The notes: generated from the letters alone by a model not told the origin. A stretch of DNA of 64,000 nucleotides from Candidatus Dadabacteria bacterium (GCA_951812735.1 OX638332.1:18508-82507); one strand, 5' to 3'; counted from the stretch's first letter, positions 35,335-46,014 are shown. Program-made: numbers and translations.

Positions 35335-36684
35335 CTACTCTGCTACTTCGCCTTGAAAATCAAGATATATTCTTTGCGCTACACCTTGAGCGTCGTATGT
35401 ATCAACCGCGTAGAGCCCGTCCGTTATGTCTCCATTTTCATTAAGGTCGATCGGGCCCGAAAGTCCTTCATAGTCAATGTCGTCGTTAATCGTGGTTTCA
35501 TCGGTAAGCGCCGCGGCGCAGGTAGCGTAACTGTGGCACTCTGCTCCACCTCTCGTGATCTCTTGGATTTTGGAAACATAAACAGAGGGGTCGTTGCTTC
35601 CGGCGCTTAAGGCCGCAAGGCGGAGTATGACCACCGCATCGTAGATGTGCGCGGTAAAGTCACTAAAATCGAACCGCTCTTTGAATTCTTCAAGCCTTTT
35701 GCCCGGAGGTGGAGTCGAAATTACCTGCTTGAATCCGTCAATATCGCCGTTTTCCTCTTCCACATGCGGGAAAAGGCCGCTTGTAAACACGAGGCCGTCC
35801 CCGACGTAATATCCGATTTCCTCGGGAATCACCGGAGAATTAAGCAGGCCTTTGATTATCTCTCCTCCCTCACTAAAAACAAGCAGCACTATAGATTCTG
35901 CGTCCGGGATTGCTGCCTCAACACTTGAGACCACAGCGGCGGCCGACTCCGAAACCATGGCGTCATCCGAAAAATCGGCGGGGTCATAGCTGACGACCTC
36001 GACCTCTCTTCCGTCAGACATTATTTCTTCTTCGACGAGTGCCGCAAGGGCTGTTCCCCATGGGTCAACACGATTCACTATAACCGTCTTGCCCTGGGAC
36101 TGCTTCGCCAGTATCGGCGCCTGAAAGAGGTCAGAGGGGGCTACTCTGAAGAAAAAATTCTGGTTGCCACCGTCCACGAGTTTTTCGTTCATATCGGTAA
36201 GTGTAGGGGAAGTGGCCGAGGGCGAAATGGCGATCATCTTATTTTCGACCAGAAAAGGAAAAACACTTACGGAGTCTGAGGAGTATGAAGGTCCTACTAT
36301 GCCGCGGACACCCATTTCAAGAAGCCGCGTCGCCTCTCCAATCACTTCGGATGGGTCGAGCAGTCCCGCCTGAAAAGAATTTCCGCTTATGATCTCTGTA
36401 TTTCCCCCTGCCTTGTTAATATCGCCTTTAGCAAGGTCCACAGCCTTTATAAGAGGCGCGTTGAAACTTTCGCCTTCAGCCAGAAGCGTTCCTATACAGA
36501 AAGTTTCCGCACAATCCACTTTTGCCTGATCCTCTTCGTTGTCAAAGCACCCTGAAAAGAGTATTCCCATAAAAACCAAAAGCAGGACAGAACCCAAAAC
36601 ACTTAATCTTTTCACGACCAGATACCTCCAATTGAAATATGTGTTGCCATCGCCGAATCTCCGATTCACTGATGTGCTCTGCAA
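35335..36684 (-). CDS. ABC transporter substrate-binding lipoprotein (type I periplasmic binding fold, branched-chain amino acid-like). No permease is adjacent. The true start is probably the internal GTG (VKRLSVLG...).
   Basis: Signal peptide plus lipobox ...FSGC. Periplasmic-binding-protein-like patterns (an impression only). Confidence 0.6.
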   Translation of the reverse strand: MQSTSVNRRFGDGNTYFNWRYLVVKRLSVLGSVLLLVFMGILFSGCFDNEEDQAKVDCAETFCIGTLLAEGESFNAPLIKAVDLAKGDINKAGGNTEIISGNSFQAGLLDPSEVIGEATRLLEMGVRGIVGPSYSSDSVSVFPFLVENKMIAISPSATSPTLTDMNEKLVDGGNQNFFFRVAPSDLFQAPILAKQSQGKTVIVNRVDPWGTALAALVEEEIMSDGREVEVVSYDPADFSDDAMVSESAAAVVSSVEAAIPDAESIVLLVFSEGGEIIKGLLNSPVIPEEIGYYVGDGLVFTSGLFPHVEEENGDIDGFKQVISTPPPGKRLEEFKERFDFSDFTAHIYDAVVILRLAALSAGSNDPSVYVSKIQEITRGGAECHSYATCAAALTDETTINDDIDYEGLSGPIDLNENGDITDGLYAVDTYDAQGVAQRIYLDFQGEVAE

Positions 36685-36696
36685 TTATATGCTAAA
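36680..36696. repeat. 17-bp exact repeat TGCAATTATATGCTAAA, copy 2 (upstream of the substrate-binding lipoprotein gene). Likely a promoter -10 region.
   Basis: See copy 1. Here it sits about 75 nt upstream of the probable GTG start, which has a GGAGG Shine-Dalgarno. Confidence 0.5.
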
Positions 36697-36783
36697 ACGG
36701 AGTTAACCGGTTGGGTCTTTTTCGATGATTTATATATCGGTAAGGAAGTTTCCTGTTGTTTAATGCTCCGGGGAAGGGAGGGG

Positions 36784-37074
36784 CTATTCGGTTATCAGTT
36801 TTTCCTCGAATTCGCCTATGGGGATTGCGGCCAGGGTTTCTATGTGGATAGTACCCCTTGAGCCGAGTTCTATTACGATTTTCGTGATTGTTTCGTTATC
36901 CGGCGCTTCCACTATGTTCACGAAGTCGTAAGGGCCGAGCGCCGCGTACTGGGCTTCTACCTTGGCGCCCATCTCCTCAAGCTCCCTGTTAACCTCTTTT
37001 ATCCTCTCGGGCCTCATTTTTATGGTCCTTCTGCCCTCATCGGTAAGGTTGCTAAGCATGATGTATTTGCCCAT
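36784..37074 (-). CDS. GYD-domain protein.
   Basis: 96 aa. MGKYIMLSNLTDEGRRTIK...KIVIELGSRGTIHIETLAAIP is characteristic of the GYD family. Confidence 0.6.
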   Translation of the reverse strand: MGKYIMLSNLTDEGRRTIKMRPERIKEVNRELEEMGAKVEAQYAALGPYDFVNIVEAPDNETITKIVIELGSRGTIHIETLAAIPIGEFEEKLITE

Positions 37075-37100
37075 TTCTTCGTGTCCGCACCCGGAACGTA

Positions 37101-37433
37101 TCAGTCCAGGGTCTTGTTCAGTACCTTTTCTATTTCACTTTTCGGGACGGCGCCGACTATCTGCTCGGCGACCTCGCCGTTTTTAAAGACTATCAGCGTG
37201 GGAATGCTTCTGATGCGGAATTTCATGGTCGTCTCGGGGTTTTCATCCACATTCACCTTTCCTACCTTCACGCTGCCTTCGTAGTCATTGGAGATCTCCT
37301 CGATGACGGGCGAAAGAGCCCTGCAGGGACCGCACCAGGGGGCCCAGAAGTCGACCAGAACGGGGACTTCGCTTTCCATTACTTCCTTATCGAACGCGGA
37401 ATCTACTACCTCAACTATGTTTTCGGATGCCAT
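37101..37433 (-). CDS. trxA: Thioredoxin.
   Basis: WCGPC active site. 110 aa from ATG 37433. The ORF-track start is 19 codons upstream. Confidence 0.9.
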   Translation of the reverse strand: MASENIVEVVDSAFDKEVMESEVPVLVDFWAPWCGPCRALSPVIEEISNDYEGSVKVGKVNVDENPETTMKFRIRSIPTLIVFKNGEVAEQIVGAVPKSEIEKVLNKTLD

Positions 37434-37631
37434 TTTAATCTCCTTGGGGGTTGTATTCCTATATGCTAATACCGATTTATAATAATACAAGAAGAAGACC
37501 GCAGATGTTCTTCATCTGCAGGAGCCGGCTGCTTAGTCATGTATAATTTGGGGGATTTTAAAACATGTCGGCACCGTCCCGCGCTTTTAGATACGATGTG
37601 CGCGGGGGTTTTTGCGGTTATTCTGAACAGG

Positions 37632-38720
37632 ATGACAAGTGAGAGAAACACCGTGATTATGCGAACAAAAGTCTTTCTGCTCTTTTTATCTTTCTTCCTC
37701 TTCCCCGGACTCTCCCTTTCCCAGCCCCCCGATGCGCCGGTGGTGGTGTCCCCGGTCGTTGAGAGGGAGGTAAGGAAGCCCCTCAGGCTTGTCGGCGCGA
37801 CGTTTCCCGCGAGAAAATCCGTCATATCAAGCGAGGTTGAAGGAGTTGTCGGGAAAATAAACGCCGAGGAGGGTAAGTACGTAAAAAAGGGTGAGGCCCT
37901 CGCCGAGATAAAAAACGACAAGATCCGCCTTGCCCTTGAGCAACTTAAAAACGAGAGAAAGGAAGCTCTTGCTAGGGCTGAGCTTTCGGAAAAAGATTTC
38001 GCGAGGATGAAAGAGCTTTACGACAAGGGCATTATCTCTGACGGAGATTTTGACAGGGCAGAGACCCAGAGGGAATCTGACCGGGCCGGGCTGCTCAGTC
38101 TTGAAAGCCGCGTAGAAATCGCCGAATACGATCTTGCGGCGTCGAGAATCGCCGCTCCTTTTAACGGTTACGTTACTAAGCACCACGCCGAAGCGGGACA
38201 GTGGCTCGGTATCGGGGATCAGGTGGTTTCCTTCGTGGACATAGACACTATAGAGGTAATGGCGGGGATTCCCGAGAGGTACATAGACGACATAAGAGAG
38301 GGCATGGAAGTCGAGGTCATACTGCCCTCCCACAATCGGCTGACCGTTCCCGCGAAAATCTCTTCAGTCATCCCGGACGCGGACCCGAGGGCCGTATCCT
38401 TCCCGGTAAGGGTGATGCTTGAGAACCCTGATCATACGATAAAATCCTCGGCTTCCGCCGTAATCATGGCAAGGATCGGCGAAACCGAGAAAATAAAACT
38501 CGTACCGAAAGATTCCATAGTCAGGTCTCCCCAGGGCTCTGTGGTTTTTGCCGTGAGGGAGGGCCTCGCGCACCCGGTGCAGGTGGAAGAGAAGGGCTGG
38601 TATGAGAGCTTTACTCACGTTGAAGGGGGAATAAGCGTAGGCGAGAGCGTGGTCGTAAGAGGAAACGAGAGACTCAGGCCCATGCAGAAAGTCAGGATCA
38701 CTGACACCAAAGAGCAATGA
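37632..38720 (+). CDS. RND efflux periplasmic adaptor (membrane fusion protein, HlyD family). The start is ATG 37632 or 37659.
   Basis: Signal/TM segment, coiled-coil hairpin, beta-barrel/MP domain pattern. Overlaps the pump gene by 4 bp. Confidence 0.8.
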   Translation: MTSERNTVIMRTKVFLLFLSFFLFPGLSLSQPPDAPVVVSPVVEREVRKPLRLVGATFPARKSVISSEVEGVVGKINAEEGKYVKKGEALAEIKNDKIRLALEQLKNERKEALARAELSEKDFARMKELYDKGIISDGDFDRAETQRESDRAGLLSLESRVEIAEYDLAASRIAAPFNGYVTKHHAEAGQWLGIGDQVVSFVDIDTIEVMAGIPERYIDDIREGMEVEVILPSHNRLTVPAKISSVIPDADPRAVSFPVRVMLENPDHTIKSSASAVIMARIGETEKIKLVPKDSIVRSPQGSVVFAVREGLAHPVQVEEKGWYESFTHVEGGISVGESVVVRGNERLRPMQKVRITDTKEQ

Positions 38721-41700
38721 ATCTTGTCGAGACCTCTATAAAAAACCCCGTAACCGTAGCCGTCGGCGTTATATTCCTCGTTATTTTCGGGGTTATCTCG
38801 CTTTTCAGGATTCCCGTTCAGCTTACCCCGGACGTCGAGACGCTCAGAGTTACCGTGAGCACTTTCTGGAGGGGGGCAAGCCCCTTTGAGATGGAAAGCG
38901 AGGTGGTAAACGAGCAGGAAGACGAACTCAGGGGAATAACGGGCCTCAGAAGGCTTGACAGCGAGAGCTCGGAGAACTCCTCCGAGGTAATACTCGAGTT
39001 TGAAACCGGCTCCGACATTGACTCTAAGGTGGTCAAGGTATCGAACAGGCTTGACCAGGTAAGGGAATATCCCGACGAGGTCGAGCGTCCCGTAATAACC
39101 ACCGTCGACCCCAGGGCAAACGCCATGGCGTGGTTTATCCTTAAGCCCCTTTCAGACAATCCCACTGACATAAATCTCTACTACGATTTTGCGGATGAGA
39201 TGATCCGCACCAGGCTTGAGAGGGTTCCCGGAGTCGGGGCTTCAAACGTGTTCGGCGGAAGGGAGCGGCGCATAGAGGTTCTTTTCGATCCCGCCGCGCT
39301 TGCCAAGAGAAATATCACGATAGCAGAACTTGCCGCTTCCATTGACAGGGAGAATGAGAATTTCAGCGCCGGCTCCTTTAACGAGGGTAAAAGGCAGTAT
39401 CTCGTTCGAACCGTCGGAGAGTACAGAACTATGCGGGATATAGGAAACATCGTAGTGGCTACGGCGCAAAGCGGCCTTCCCGTTTACCTCAGGGACGTTG
39501 CCACTGTCCGCCTCGGATACGAGGACCCGGGCTACACCGTAAGGCAGAACGGAGAGCCCTCCATCGCCATTAACGTGCTTCGCGAAAGCGGAGCGAACTC
39601 AATAGAGGTCAAGGAGGCTCTCTTTGCGGCCGTCGAGGAACTGAATTCGGGGGTTCTAAAGGACAACGGCCTCCGCCTCCGCAATGTCTACGAAGAGACC
39701 GGGTACATAAAAAACGCTATAAAGCTCGTGAGGGGCAATCTTATTATAGGCGGTGTGCTTGCCATAACGGTTCTTCTTCTTTTCCTCAGAAGCGCGAGCA
39801 GCACGATGATTGTGGCAATCGCCATACCGTCAAGCGTAATAGGGACTTTCATAGTTTTCGAGGCGCTCGGGCGCACTATAAACGTGGTCAGTCTCGCGGG
39901 AATGAGTTTCGCCGTCGGCATGGTTATAGACAATTCAATCGTGGTCCTTGAAAACATATACCGCCACATGCAGATGGGAAAATCGAGGCTCACCGCGGCT
40001 TATGAGGGCACGACCGAGGTCTGGGGGGCGGTGCTTGCAAGCACCCTCACCACGGCCGCCGTGTTCATTCCGATCATGTTCATTGAGGAGCAGACGGGAC
40101 AGCTGTTTCGCGACATAGCCATAGCGATCAGTGTTTCGGTCATACTGAGTCTTCTTGTTTCCATAACCGTCATACCGTCTGCGTCTTCAAAATACCTCTC
40201 CGCGGGGGGCGCGGAATCTCTTGAGCGCCTTGGTATCATGTCGCGGCTGCTTGGTTTCGCGGGAAGGGTCTCCGGCTTTATAAACCGCTTTACCGAGCAG
40301 ATAATGACAAGCGTTAAGAAGAGGGTGGTTCTTGTAGGTTCCTTCACCCTCTTGTCCATAGTGCTTATAATCGCCGTTTTCCCTAAGACCGAGTACCTGC
40401 CCACGGGAAACAGGAACCTGCTTTTCGGGATACTTATCCCCCCTCCCGGATACAATGTCGAGGAATATACGGCCATCGGAAAGCAGATCGAGGCTGATCT
40501 CGAACCCTACATGAACGGAAAAACCGCGACCGGAAAAGATCTCCCGCGCATAAAGAATTTCTTCTACGTCGCTAGGGGGAAACAGATTTTCATGGGCGCG
40601 ATCGCCGAAAACAGAAAGGAAATCAGGGAACTTTTCCCAGTCCTTCAGCAGACCGTATCCAAGATTCCGGGAACGTTCGGCGTGATAATCCAGCCCAGCA
40701 TCTTTAACGCCAACATAGGCGAAGGGAGATCGATAGACATTAATGTCACGGGAGATGATCTCGATGAGATACTGAGGACCGCGAGGAGCGTGTTTTTCAT
40801 GTCCATGGAGAGCATTCCCGGGGCACAGATAAGACCGATTCCAAGCCTTGATCTCGGAAACCCAGAGCTCAGGATCGTTACCGAACGGGAGTCGGCTTCC
40901 CGGGTCGGGATCACCAACAGTGAGCTCGGGTTTACCGTGAGATCCCTGATAGACGGCGTCGAGGCAAGCGAGTTCAACCTCGAGGGACAGGAGGTCGACA
41001 TAGTCTTGCGGGCGCAGCAGGATTTCTCCGAAAGAACCCAGGATATAGAGAACATAATGATCACTTCACCGAGCGGGAAGGTGATTACCGTGGGAGCCCT
41101 GGCTAGGGTCAGTCTTGAAAACGGCCCGGAGCAGATAAATCACTACGAAAGACAAAGGGTGATAACGATACAGATAACTCCTCCCGAAGAAGTTGCGCTT
41201 GAGGAGGCGATCGAGATCATCAACAACAATATAATCTCTGTGCTTCAGCAAAGCGGCCAGGTGGGGGAGCGGACCGGTTTTGCCCTTGCCGGGACAGCGG
41301 ACAAGCTCGCGACGGCAAAAGACGCGCTTCAGTGGAATTTTCTTCTGGCCGTAGTGATATCGTTTCTGCTGATGGCGGCCCTTTTCGGGAGTTTTCTCCA
41401 TCCGCTGGTTATCCTGGTCACGGTTCCATTTGCCTCCCTCGGAGGTTTCCTGGGGCTTTTCGCACTTAACCTGTTCACATACCAGCCGCTTGATATACTG
41501 ACGATGCTGGGTTTCGTGATTCTTATAGGAATAGTCATCAATAACGCCATACTCATAGTTCACCAGGCGCTTAACAACATCCGGGCGGGCATGGAGCAGC
41601 AGGAGGCCATACGCGAATCGGTAAGGGTGAGGATAAGGCCGATTTTCATGAGCACCCTCACAAGCGTATTCGGCATGCTTCCCCTTGTGCTTGCTCCGGG

Positions 41701-41839
41701 GGAGGGCTCTGAGCTATACAAGGGCCTTGGAAGCGTCGTGGTCGGCGGACTGGTTCTCTCCACGGCCTTCACCCTGTTTCTGATCCCTTCGGTCTTCAGC
41801 CTCATGCTCGAGTTCCGCAGGAGACCCTCCGTCTTATGA
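38717..41839 (+). CDS. RND efflux pump permease (AcrB/HAE1 family).
   Basis: 1040 aa with a 12-TM topology. N-terminus MNLVETSIKNPVTVAVGVIFLVIFG... is typical of AcrB-like pumps. Confidence 0.9.
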   Translation: MNLVETSIKNPVTVAVGVIFLVIFGVISLFRIPVQLTPDVETLRVTVSTFWRGASPFEMESEVVNEQEDELRGITGLRRLDSESSENSSEVILEFETGSDIDSKVVKVSNRLDQVREYPDEVERPVITTVDPRANAMAWFILKPLSDNPTDINLYYDFADEMIRTRLERVPGVGASNVFGGRERRIEVLFDPAALAKRNITIAELAASIDRENENFSAGSFNEGKRQYLVRTVGEYRTMRDIGNIVVATAQSGLPVYLRDVATVRLGYEDPGYTVRQNGEPSIAINVLRESGANSIEVKEALFAAVEELNSGVLKDNGLRLRNVYEETGYIKNAIKLVRGNLIIGGVLAITVLLLFLRSASSTMIVAIAIPSSVIGTFIVFEALGRTINVVSLAGMSFAVGMVIDNSIVVLENIYRHMQMGKSRLTAAYEGTTEVWGAVLASTLTTAAVFIPIMFIEEQTGQLFRDIAIAISVSVILSLLVSITVIPSASSKYLSAGGAESLERLGIMSRLLGFAGRVSGFINRFTEQIMTSVKKRVVLVGSFTLLSIVLIIAVFPKTEYLPTGNRNLLFGILIPPPGYNVEEYTAIGKQIEADLEPYMNGKTATGKDLPRIKNFFYVARGKQIFMGAIAENRKEIRELFPVLQQTVSKIPGTFGVIIQPSIFNANIGEGRSIDINVTGDDLDEILRTARSVFFMSMESIPGAQIRPIPSLDLGNPELRIVTERESASRVGITNSELGFTVRSLIDGVEASEFNLEGQEVDIVLRAQQDFSERTQDIENIMITSPSGKVITVGALARVSLENGPEQINHYERQRVITIQITPPEEVALEEAIEIINNNIISVLQQSGQVGERTGFALAGTADKLATAKDALQWNFLLAVVISFLLMAALFGSFLHPLVILVTVPFASLGGFLGLFALNLFTYQPLDILTMLGFVILIGIVINNAILIVHQALNNIRAGMEQQEAIRESVRVRIRPIFMSTLTSVFGMLPLVLAPGEGSELYKGLGSVVVGGLVLSTAFTLFLIPSVFSLMLEFRRRPSVL

Positions 41840-41908
41840 AACCGGTTTTGTTTGTGGCATAATAAACCCCTTGACTGAACATTGACAATTATCTGGAGGG
41901 AATCTTAA

Positions 41909-43297
41909 ATGGCTAAGACAAAATACAGGGTGGAATCCGATTCTATGGGAAAGATGGAAGTTCCCACAGACGCTTATTACGGGGCGCAGACGGCAAGGGC
42001 AGTTGAGAATTTCCCCGTGAGCGGACGCACTCTTCCAAGGGAATTCATAAGGGCGATGGGCCTTGTGAAACTCGCGGCGGCGCAGACAAACGCGGAGCTC
42101 GGATTTTTGAAGAAAAATACCGCGCGGGCCATAGCGCGGGCCGCGCAGGAGGTTGTCGACGGAAAGCTCGACGATCATTTCGTGGTTGATGTCTTCCAGA
42201 CTGGTTCGGGCACATCGACCAACATGAACACAAACGAGGTGATAGCAAACAGGGCGGCCGAAATGCTCAGGGGCAAGACCTCCGTGCATCCGAACGACCA
42301 CGTTAACATGGGTCAGTCAAGCAACGACGTAATCCCCACGGCCATGCATGTATCTTCTCTTGAGGCAATAGAAAAAGATCTTATACCGTCGCTTGAGTAT
42401 CTGCGCGACGCTCTCTCGAAAAAAGCAAAGGAGTTTGACCACATAGTCAAGATAGGACGTACCCACCTTATGGATGCCACCCCGATACGGCTCGGCCAGG
42501 AGTTCAGCGGATACGCGAGCATGGTTGACCACGGAATCTCAAGGTTAAAGGGAGTAAGAAACGATCTTTCGGAACTTGCCATAGGCGGAACCGCGGTCGG
42601 CACTGGCATAAACACCCATAAGAGTTTCGGAAAGAAGGTTGCCACAAGGATAAGCGAAGCTACCGGAGTGAAATTCAGGGAGGCGAAAAACCATTTTGAG
42701 GCCCAGGCATCAAAGGACGCGGTCGTTCAGACAAGCGGAGCGCTCAAGACGGTCTCAGTGAGCCTGATGAAGATAGCAAACGACATACGCTGGCTTGGAA
42801 GCGGCCCGCGCTGCGGCTTCGGAGAGATTCTTCTGCCTGCGATACAGCCGGGTTCGTCGATTATGCCGGGGAAGGTTAACCCCGTGATCGGGGAGTCGGT
42901 TACCCAGGTTGCGGCCCAGGTGATCGGGAACGACGCGGCCATAACGATCGGAGGGCAGGCGGGGAATTTTGAGCTTAACGTGATGATGCCGATGATGGCC
43001 GATAATCTTCTTCAGTCTATAAGGCTTTTATCGAGGGTCTGCACCGTGTTTGTCGACAAATGCATCTCGGAAATAGAGGCGGATGAGGAGCGCTGCGGGG
43101 AGATCATCGAACAGAGTCTCGCCATGTGCACGAGCCTCGCGCCGATCATAGGTTATGACAATGCGGCCGCGATCGCGAAGGAAGCCTACGCTACGGGGAG
43201 CACCGTGAGGGAAATTGCCAGGAAAAAAGGTGTGCTCTCCGATGAGGAGCTTGACAGGGTTCTTGATCCGCTGTCAATGACAAAGCCGGCTTCGTAG
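41909..43297 (+). CDS. fumC: Class II fumarate hydratase (FumC; aspartase/fumarase superfamily).
   Basis: GSSIMPGKVNPV signature and SSNDVIPTAMHV. The N-terminus is FumC-like rather than AspA-like. Confidence 0.75.
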   Translation: MAKTKYRVESDSMGKMEVPTDAYYGAQTARAVENFPVSGRTLPREFIRAMGLVKLAAAQTNAELGFLKKNTARAIARAAQEVVDGKLDDHFVVDVFQTGSGTSTNMNTNEVIANRAAEMLRGKTSVHPNDHVNMGQSSNDVIPTAMHVSSLEAIEKDLIPSLEYLRDALSKKAKEFDHIVKIGRTHLMDATPIRLGQEFSGYASMVDHGISRLKGVRNDLSELAIGGTAVGTGINTHKSFGKKVATRISEATGVKFREAKNHFEAQASKDAVVQTSGALKTVSVSLMKIANDIRWLGSGPRCGFGEILLPAIQPGSSIMPGKVNPVIGESVTQVAAQVIGNDAAITIGGQAGNFELNVMMPMMADNLLQSIRLLSRVCTVFVDKCISEIEADEERCGEIIEQSLAMCTSLAPIIGYDNAAAIAKEAYATGSTVREIARKKGVLSDEELDRVLDPLSMTKPAS

Positions 43298-43354
43298 GGA
43301 TTTCCACCCGAAAGTCGGTGGTTCGTTAAGCTGTGGTTTTTTCGGACTGGGCGA

Positions 43355-43786
43355 ATGAGAAATTTTCTTTTAGTTTTTTTGCTCTTGTTGGTGTTTCCGG
43401 TTTCTTCTTACGGAGAGGAAGAGCGTTACAAGACCTATACCGACATCGGAGAACTTGAACCGCCGACCGTAACCATTTCGCAGGTTCTTTCCTCCCGGGA
43501 TGAATTTGACAGGAAAATATTCACCCTTGACGGGCAGGTGGGTGAACTGCGGCTTAAGAGAACGGCAAACGGAAGGAAGTTCACCCTGTTTAAGTTCTTC
43601 GAGGATGATCCGGAAAAAAGAATAAGCGTTTATGCCAGAGGGTTCGTGGAAGGTATAGAGAACGGAAGCAGAGTAAGAATCTGGGGCCGCTACAGCAAGC
43701 ACAAAAGATATTTTCTCAGTAAGCGCAAGAACATTATGAAAGCGAAAAAGATCCATATTCTTCAGGGAATCTCGGAAGTTAAATAA
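43355..43786 (+). CDS. Small secreted protein, possibly a bacterial OB-fold (BOF/YgiW-like).
   Basis: Signal peptide. 143 aa, basic C-terminus, AT-rich. Confidence 0.4.
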   Translation: MRNFLLVFLLLLVFPVSSYGEEERYKTYTDIGELEPPTVTISQVLSSRDEFDRKIFTLDGQVGELRLKRTANGRKFTLFKFFEDDPEKRISVYARGFVEGIENGSRVRIWGRYSKHKRYFLSKRKNIMKAKKIHILQGISEVK

Positions 43787-44076
43787 TTTGAAGTGGCGTG
43801 CCAATGAACAGTTCGGACAAGACGAACCGCGAATCGGAGGCGCTCAGGAAGCGAATCTCCGCGCTGAGCGCGGCCATCGTGAGCAAGCTTTGCTGCTCGG
43901 GATCGGGGTATCGAATGATATCCGTCGGGGCCGAGCCGTGAGCTCTCCGATAACAGATGGTTTGATTGCAGCATATGACTGCCCTGTCAGAAGGGGGTCG
44001 GCATAACCTTGTTTTGCGGAAGAAAGAAAGAGAATCTGGTGTTTATCTTTATCGGAATATGCGGAGGCTTCCCGCT

Positions 44077-46014
44077 ATGAAACGATTCCTTGTAAGAGTC
44101 GCCCTCCTGTGTGTAGTCCTCGCATGCACCCAGGAACCGGATCCCATGATCGAGTGGCCGTATGTAGGCTCCGGGCAGGCGCACACCAAGTACTCTGTGG
44201 CCGAGGAAATCACGGCCGCCAACGTGGCCGAACTCGAAATCGTCTGGCAATGGGAGCCGAACGAGAAACCTCTCGAGAAATACGGCACGGAACCGGGGAG
44301 GTTCCAGGCAACGCCCATCATGGTCGGCAACGTCCTCTACCTTTCGACCATGTACACGCGTGTGGCGGCCCTAGACGCGGAGACGGGTGAGGAGTTGTGG
44401 ATATTTGATCCCGGGGCCTACGAGGGGGGACCGAAAGGTGCGCGGCCGACCGGCTTTGTGCATCGGGGCATCGTCCACTGGCGCGACGGGGACAGCTCGC
44501 GCATTTTCCTCAACAGCCGCGACCGGCTCTATGCGATCGATGCTGCGACCGGTGAACTGGACCCAGAATTTGGCGACAGCGGAAGCGTTTTGCTGACCGA
44601 GGACCTTGGCCGCCCGGTTACCCGCAAGGAGTTCGATCAGACCTCGCCGCCGGTGGTTTTCGAAGACCTGGTGATCGTGGGGAGTCGCGTGCCCGACCGG
44701 GTACAACGAAGGTTTGACCCTCCCGGAACCGTGCAGGCGTTTGATGTCCGCACGGGTAAGCGTCGCTGGGTTTTCTTTACTATACCGCAATCAAGTGACG
44801 ACTTCGGCGCGGACACCTGGGAAGACGAGTCGTGGCGCTATACCGGCCATGCCAACGTGTGGGGGTTTATGTCGATTGATGTCGAGCGTGGACTTCTGTA
44901 CGTGCCGGTGAGCACGCCGAGCAGCGATTTCTGGGGTGGTCGCCGGGTGGGGGCGAACCTTTTCGCTGATTCTCTGGTGTGCCTCGACGTGCGCACGGGC
45001 AAGCGGCAGTGGCACTTCCAGACAGTGCACCATGGCGTGTGGGACTACGACTTGGCCGCAGCGCCCAACCTAGTGACGATCACGGTAGACGGGCGCGAGA
45101 TTGAAGCGGTGGCGCAGGTGTCGAAGCAAGGCTTTACGTATGTGTTTGACCGCGTGACGGGCGAGCCGGTGTGGCCAATCGAGGAGCGCCCGGTGGATAC
45201 AATGACGGATGTGCCGGGCGAACAGCTTTATCCGACGCAGCCGTTTCCGACCAAGCCGCCGCCTTTAAGCGGGCAGGGGGTGTCGCTTGAAGACGCGAAC
45301 GACCTGACACCGGAGATCCACGCGCTTGCGGTGGAGGAGATGCAGAAGTTCCGACTGGGTCCCCTATATACACCGCCGAGTCTTCAGGGAACACTCCAGC
45401 GCCCGGGCGTGAGCGGCAGCGCGAACTGGGGCGGGGCGGCATTCGATCCCGAAACCGGGCTCTTGTACGTTCGGACATCGGAAAGTGCCGACACCAACCA
45501 GGTATGCGAAAATCCCGGTAACGATCCGGAGGTCGATGTTGCTTACAGCAACAATTGTCCCTATGGTGGTTCGCTCTTAGCGTTTCAGGAAGACGCTGCG
45601 GAAACCCCGGAGAGCCCGCTTGGACCGATACGGCTCATCAAGCCGCCGTATGCCTACCTAGTAGCCATAGATCTCAACGCCGGCGAGATTGAGTGGAAGG
45701 TGCCGTTTGGAGAAGGGAGCGAAGAGATCCGCAATCACCCACTGCTTCAGGGCATCGATCTGCCCGAACGACTGGGCACGCGCGGCAACTCCGGTCCGAT
45801 GGTTACCAGGGGGGGACTCGTGTTCCTCGGCGGGGGCGCGCCGTACCTGTATGCATTCGACAAGACAACGGGTGCGGAGGTGTGGCGTGGCGCAACGCCG
45901 TATAAAACGAACGCAAACCCGATGACCTACCGGACACGGTCGGGGCGGCAGTTTGTTATAATTGCGACGGGTGCCGGTCCGGACGCCGCGCTTGTTGCAT
46001 TTGCCCTGGACTGA
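44077..46014 (+). CDS. PQQ-dependent dehydrogenase (soluble quinoprotein, beta-propeller). Lipoprotein-type signal. The gene is GC-rich.
   Basis: Repeated W-containing propeller motifs. N-terminus MKRFLVRVALLCVVLAC. A GGAGG Shine-Dalgarno sits before ATG 44077. Confidence 0.75.
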   Translation: MKRFLVRVALLCVVLACTQEPDPMIEWPYVGSGQAHTKYSVAEEITAANVAELEIVWQWEPNEKPLEKYGTEPGRFQATPIMVGNVLYLSTMYTRVAALDAETGEELWIFDPGAYEGGPKGARPTGFVHRGIVHWRDGDSSRIFLNSRDRLYAIDAATGELDPEFGDSGSVLLTEDLGRPVTRKEFDQTSPPVVFEDLVIVGSRVPDRVQRRFDPPGTVQAFDVRTGKRRWVFFTIPQSSDDFGADTWEDESWRYTGHANVWGFMSIDVERGLLYVPVSTPSSDFWGGRRVGANLFADSLVCLDVRTGKRQWHFQTVHHGVWDYDLAAAPNLVTITVDGREIEAVAQVSKQGFTYVFDRVTGEPVWPIEERPVDTMTDVPGEQLYPTQPFPTKPPPLSGQGVSLEDANDLTPEIHALAVEEMQKFRLGPLYTPPSLQGTLQRPGVSGSANWGGAAFDPETGLLYVRTSESADTNQVCENPGNDPEVDVAYSNNCPYGGSLLAFQEDAAETPESPLGPIRLIKPPYAYLVAIDLNAGEIEWKVPFGEGSEEIRNHPLLQGIDLPERLGTRGNSGPMVTRGGLVFLGGGAPYLYAFDKTTGAEVWRGATPYKTNANPMTYRTRSGRQFVIIATGAGPDAALVAFALD

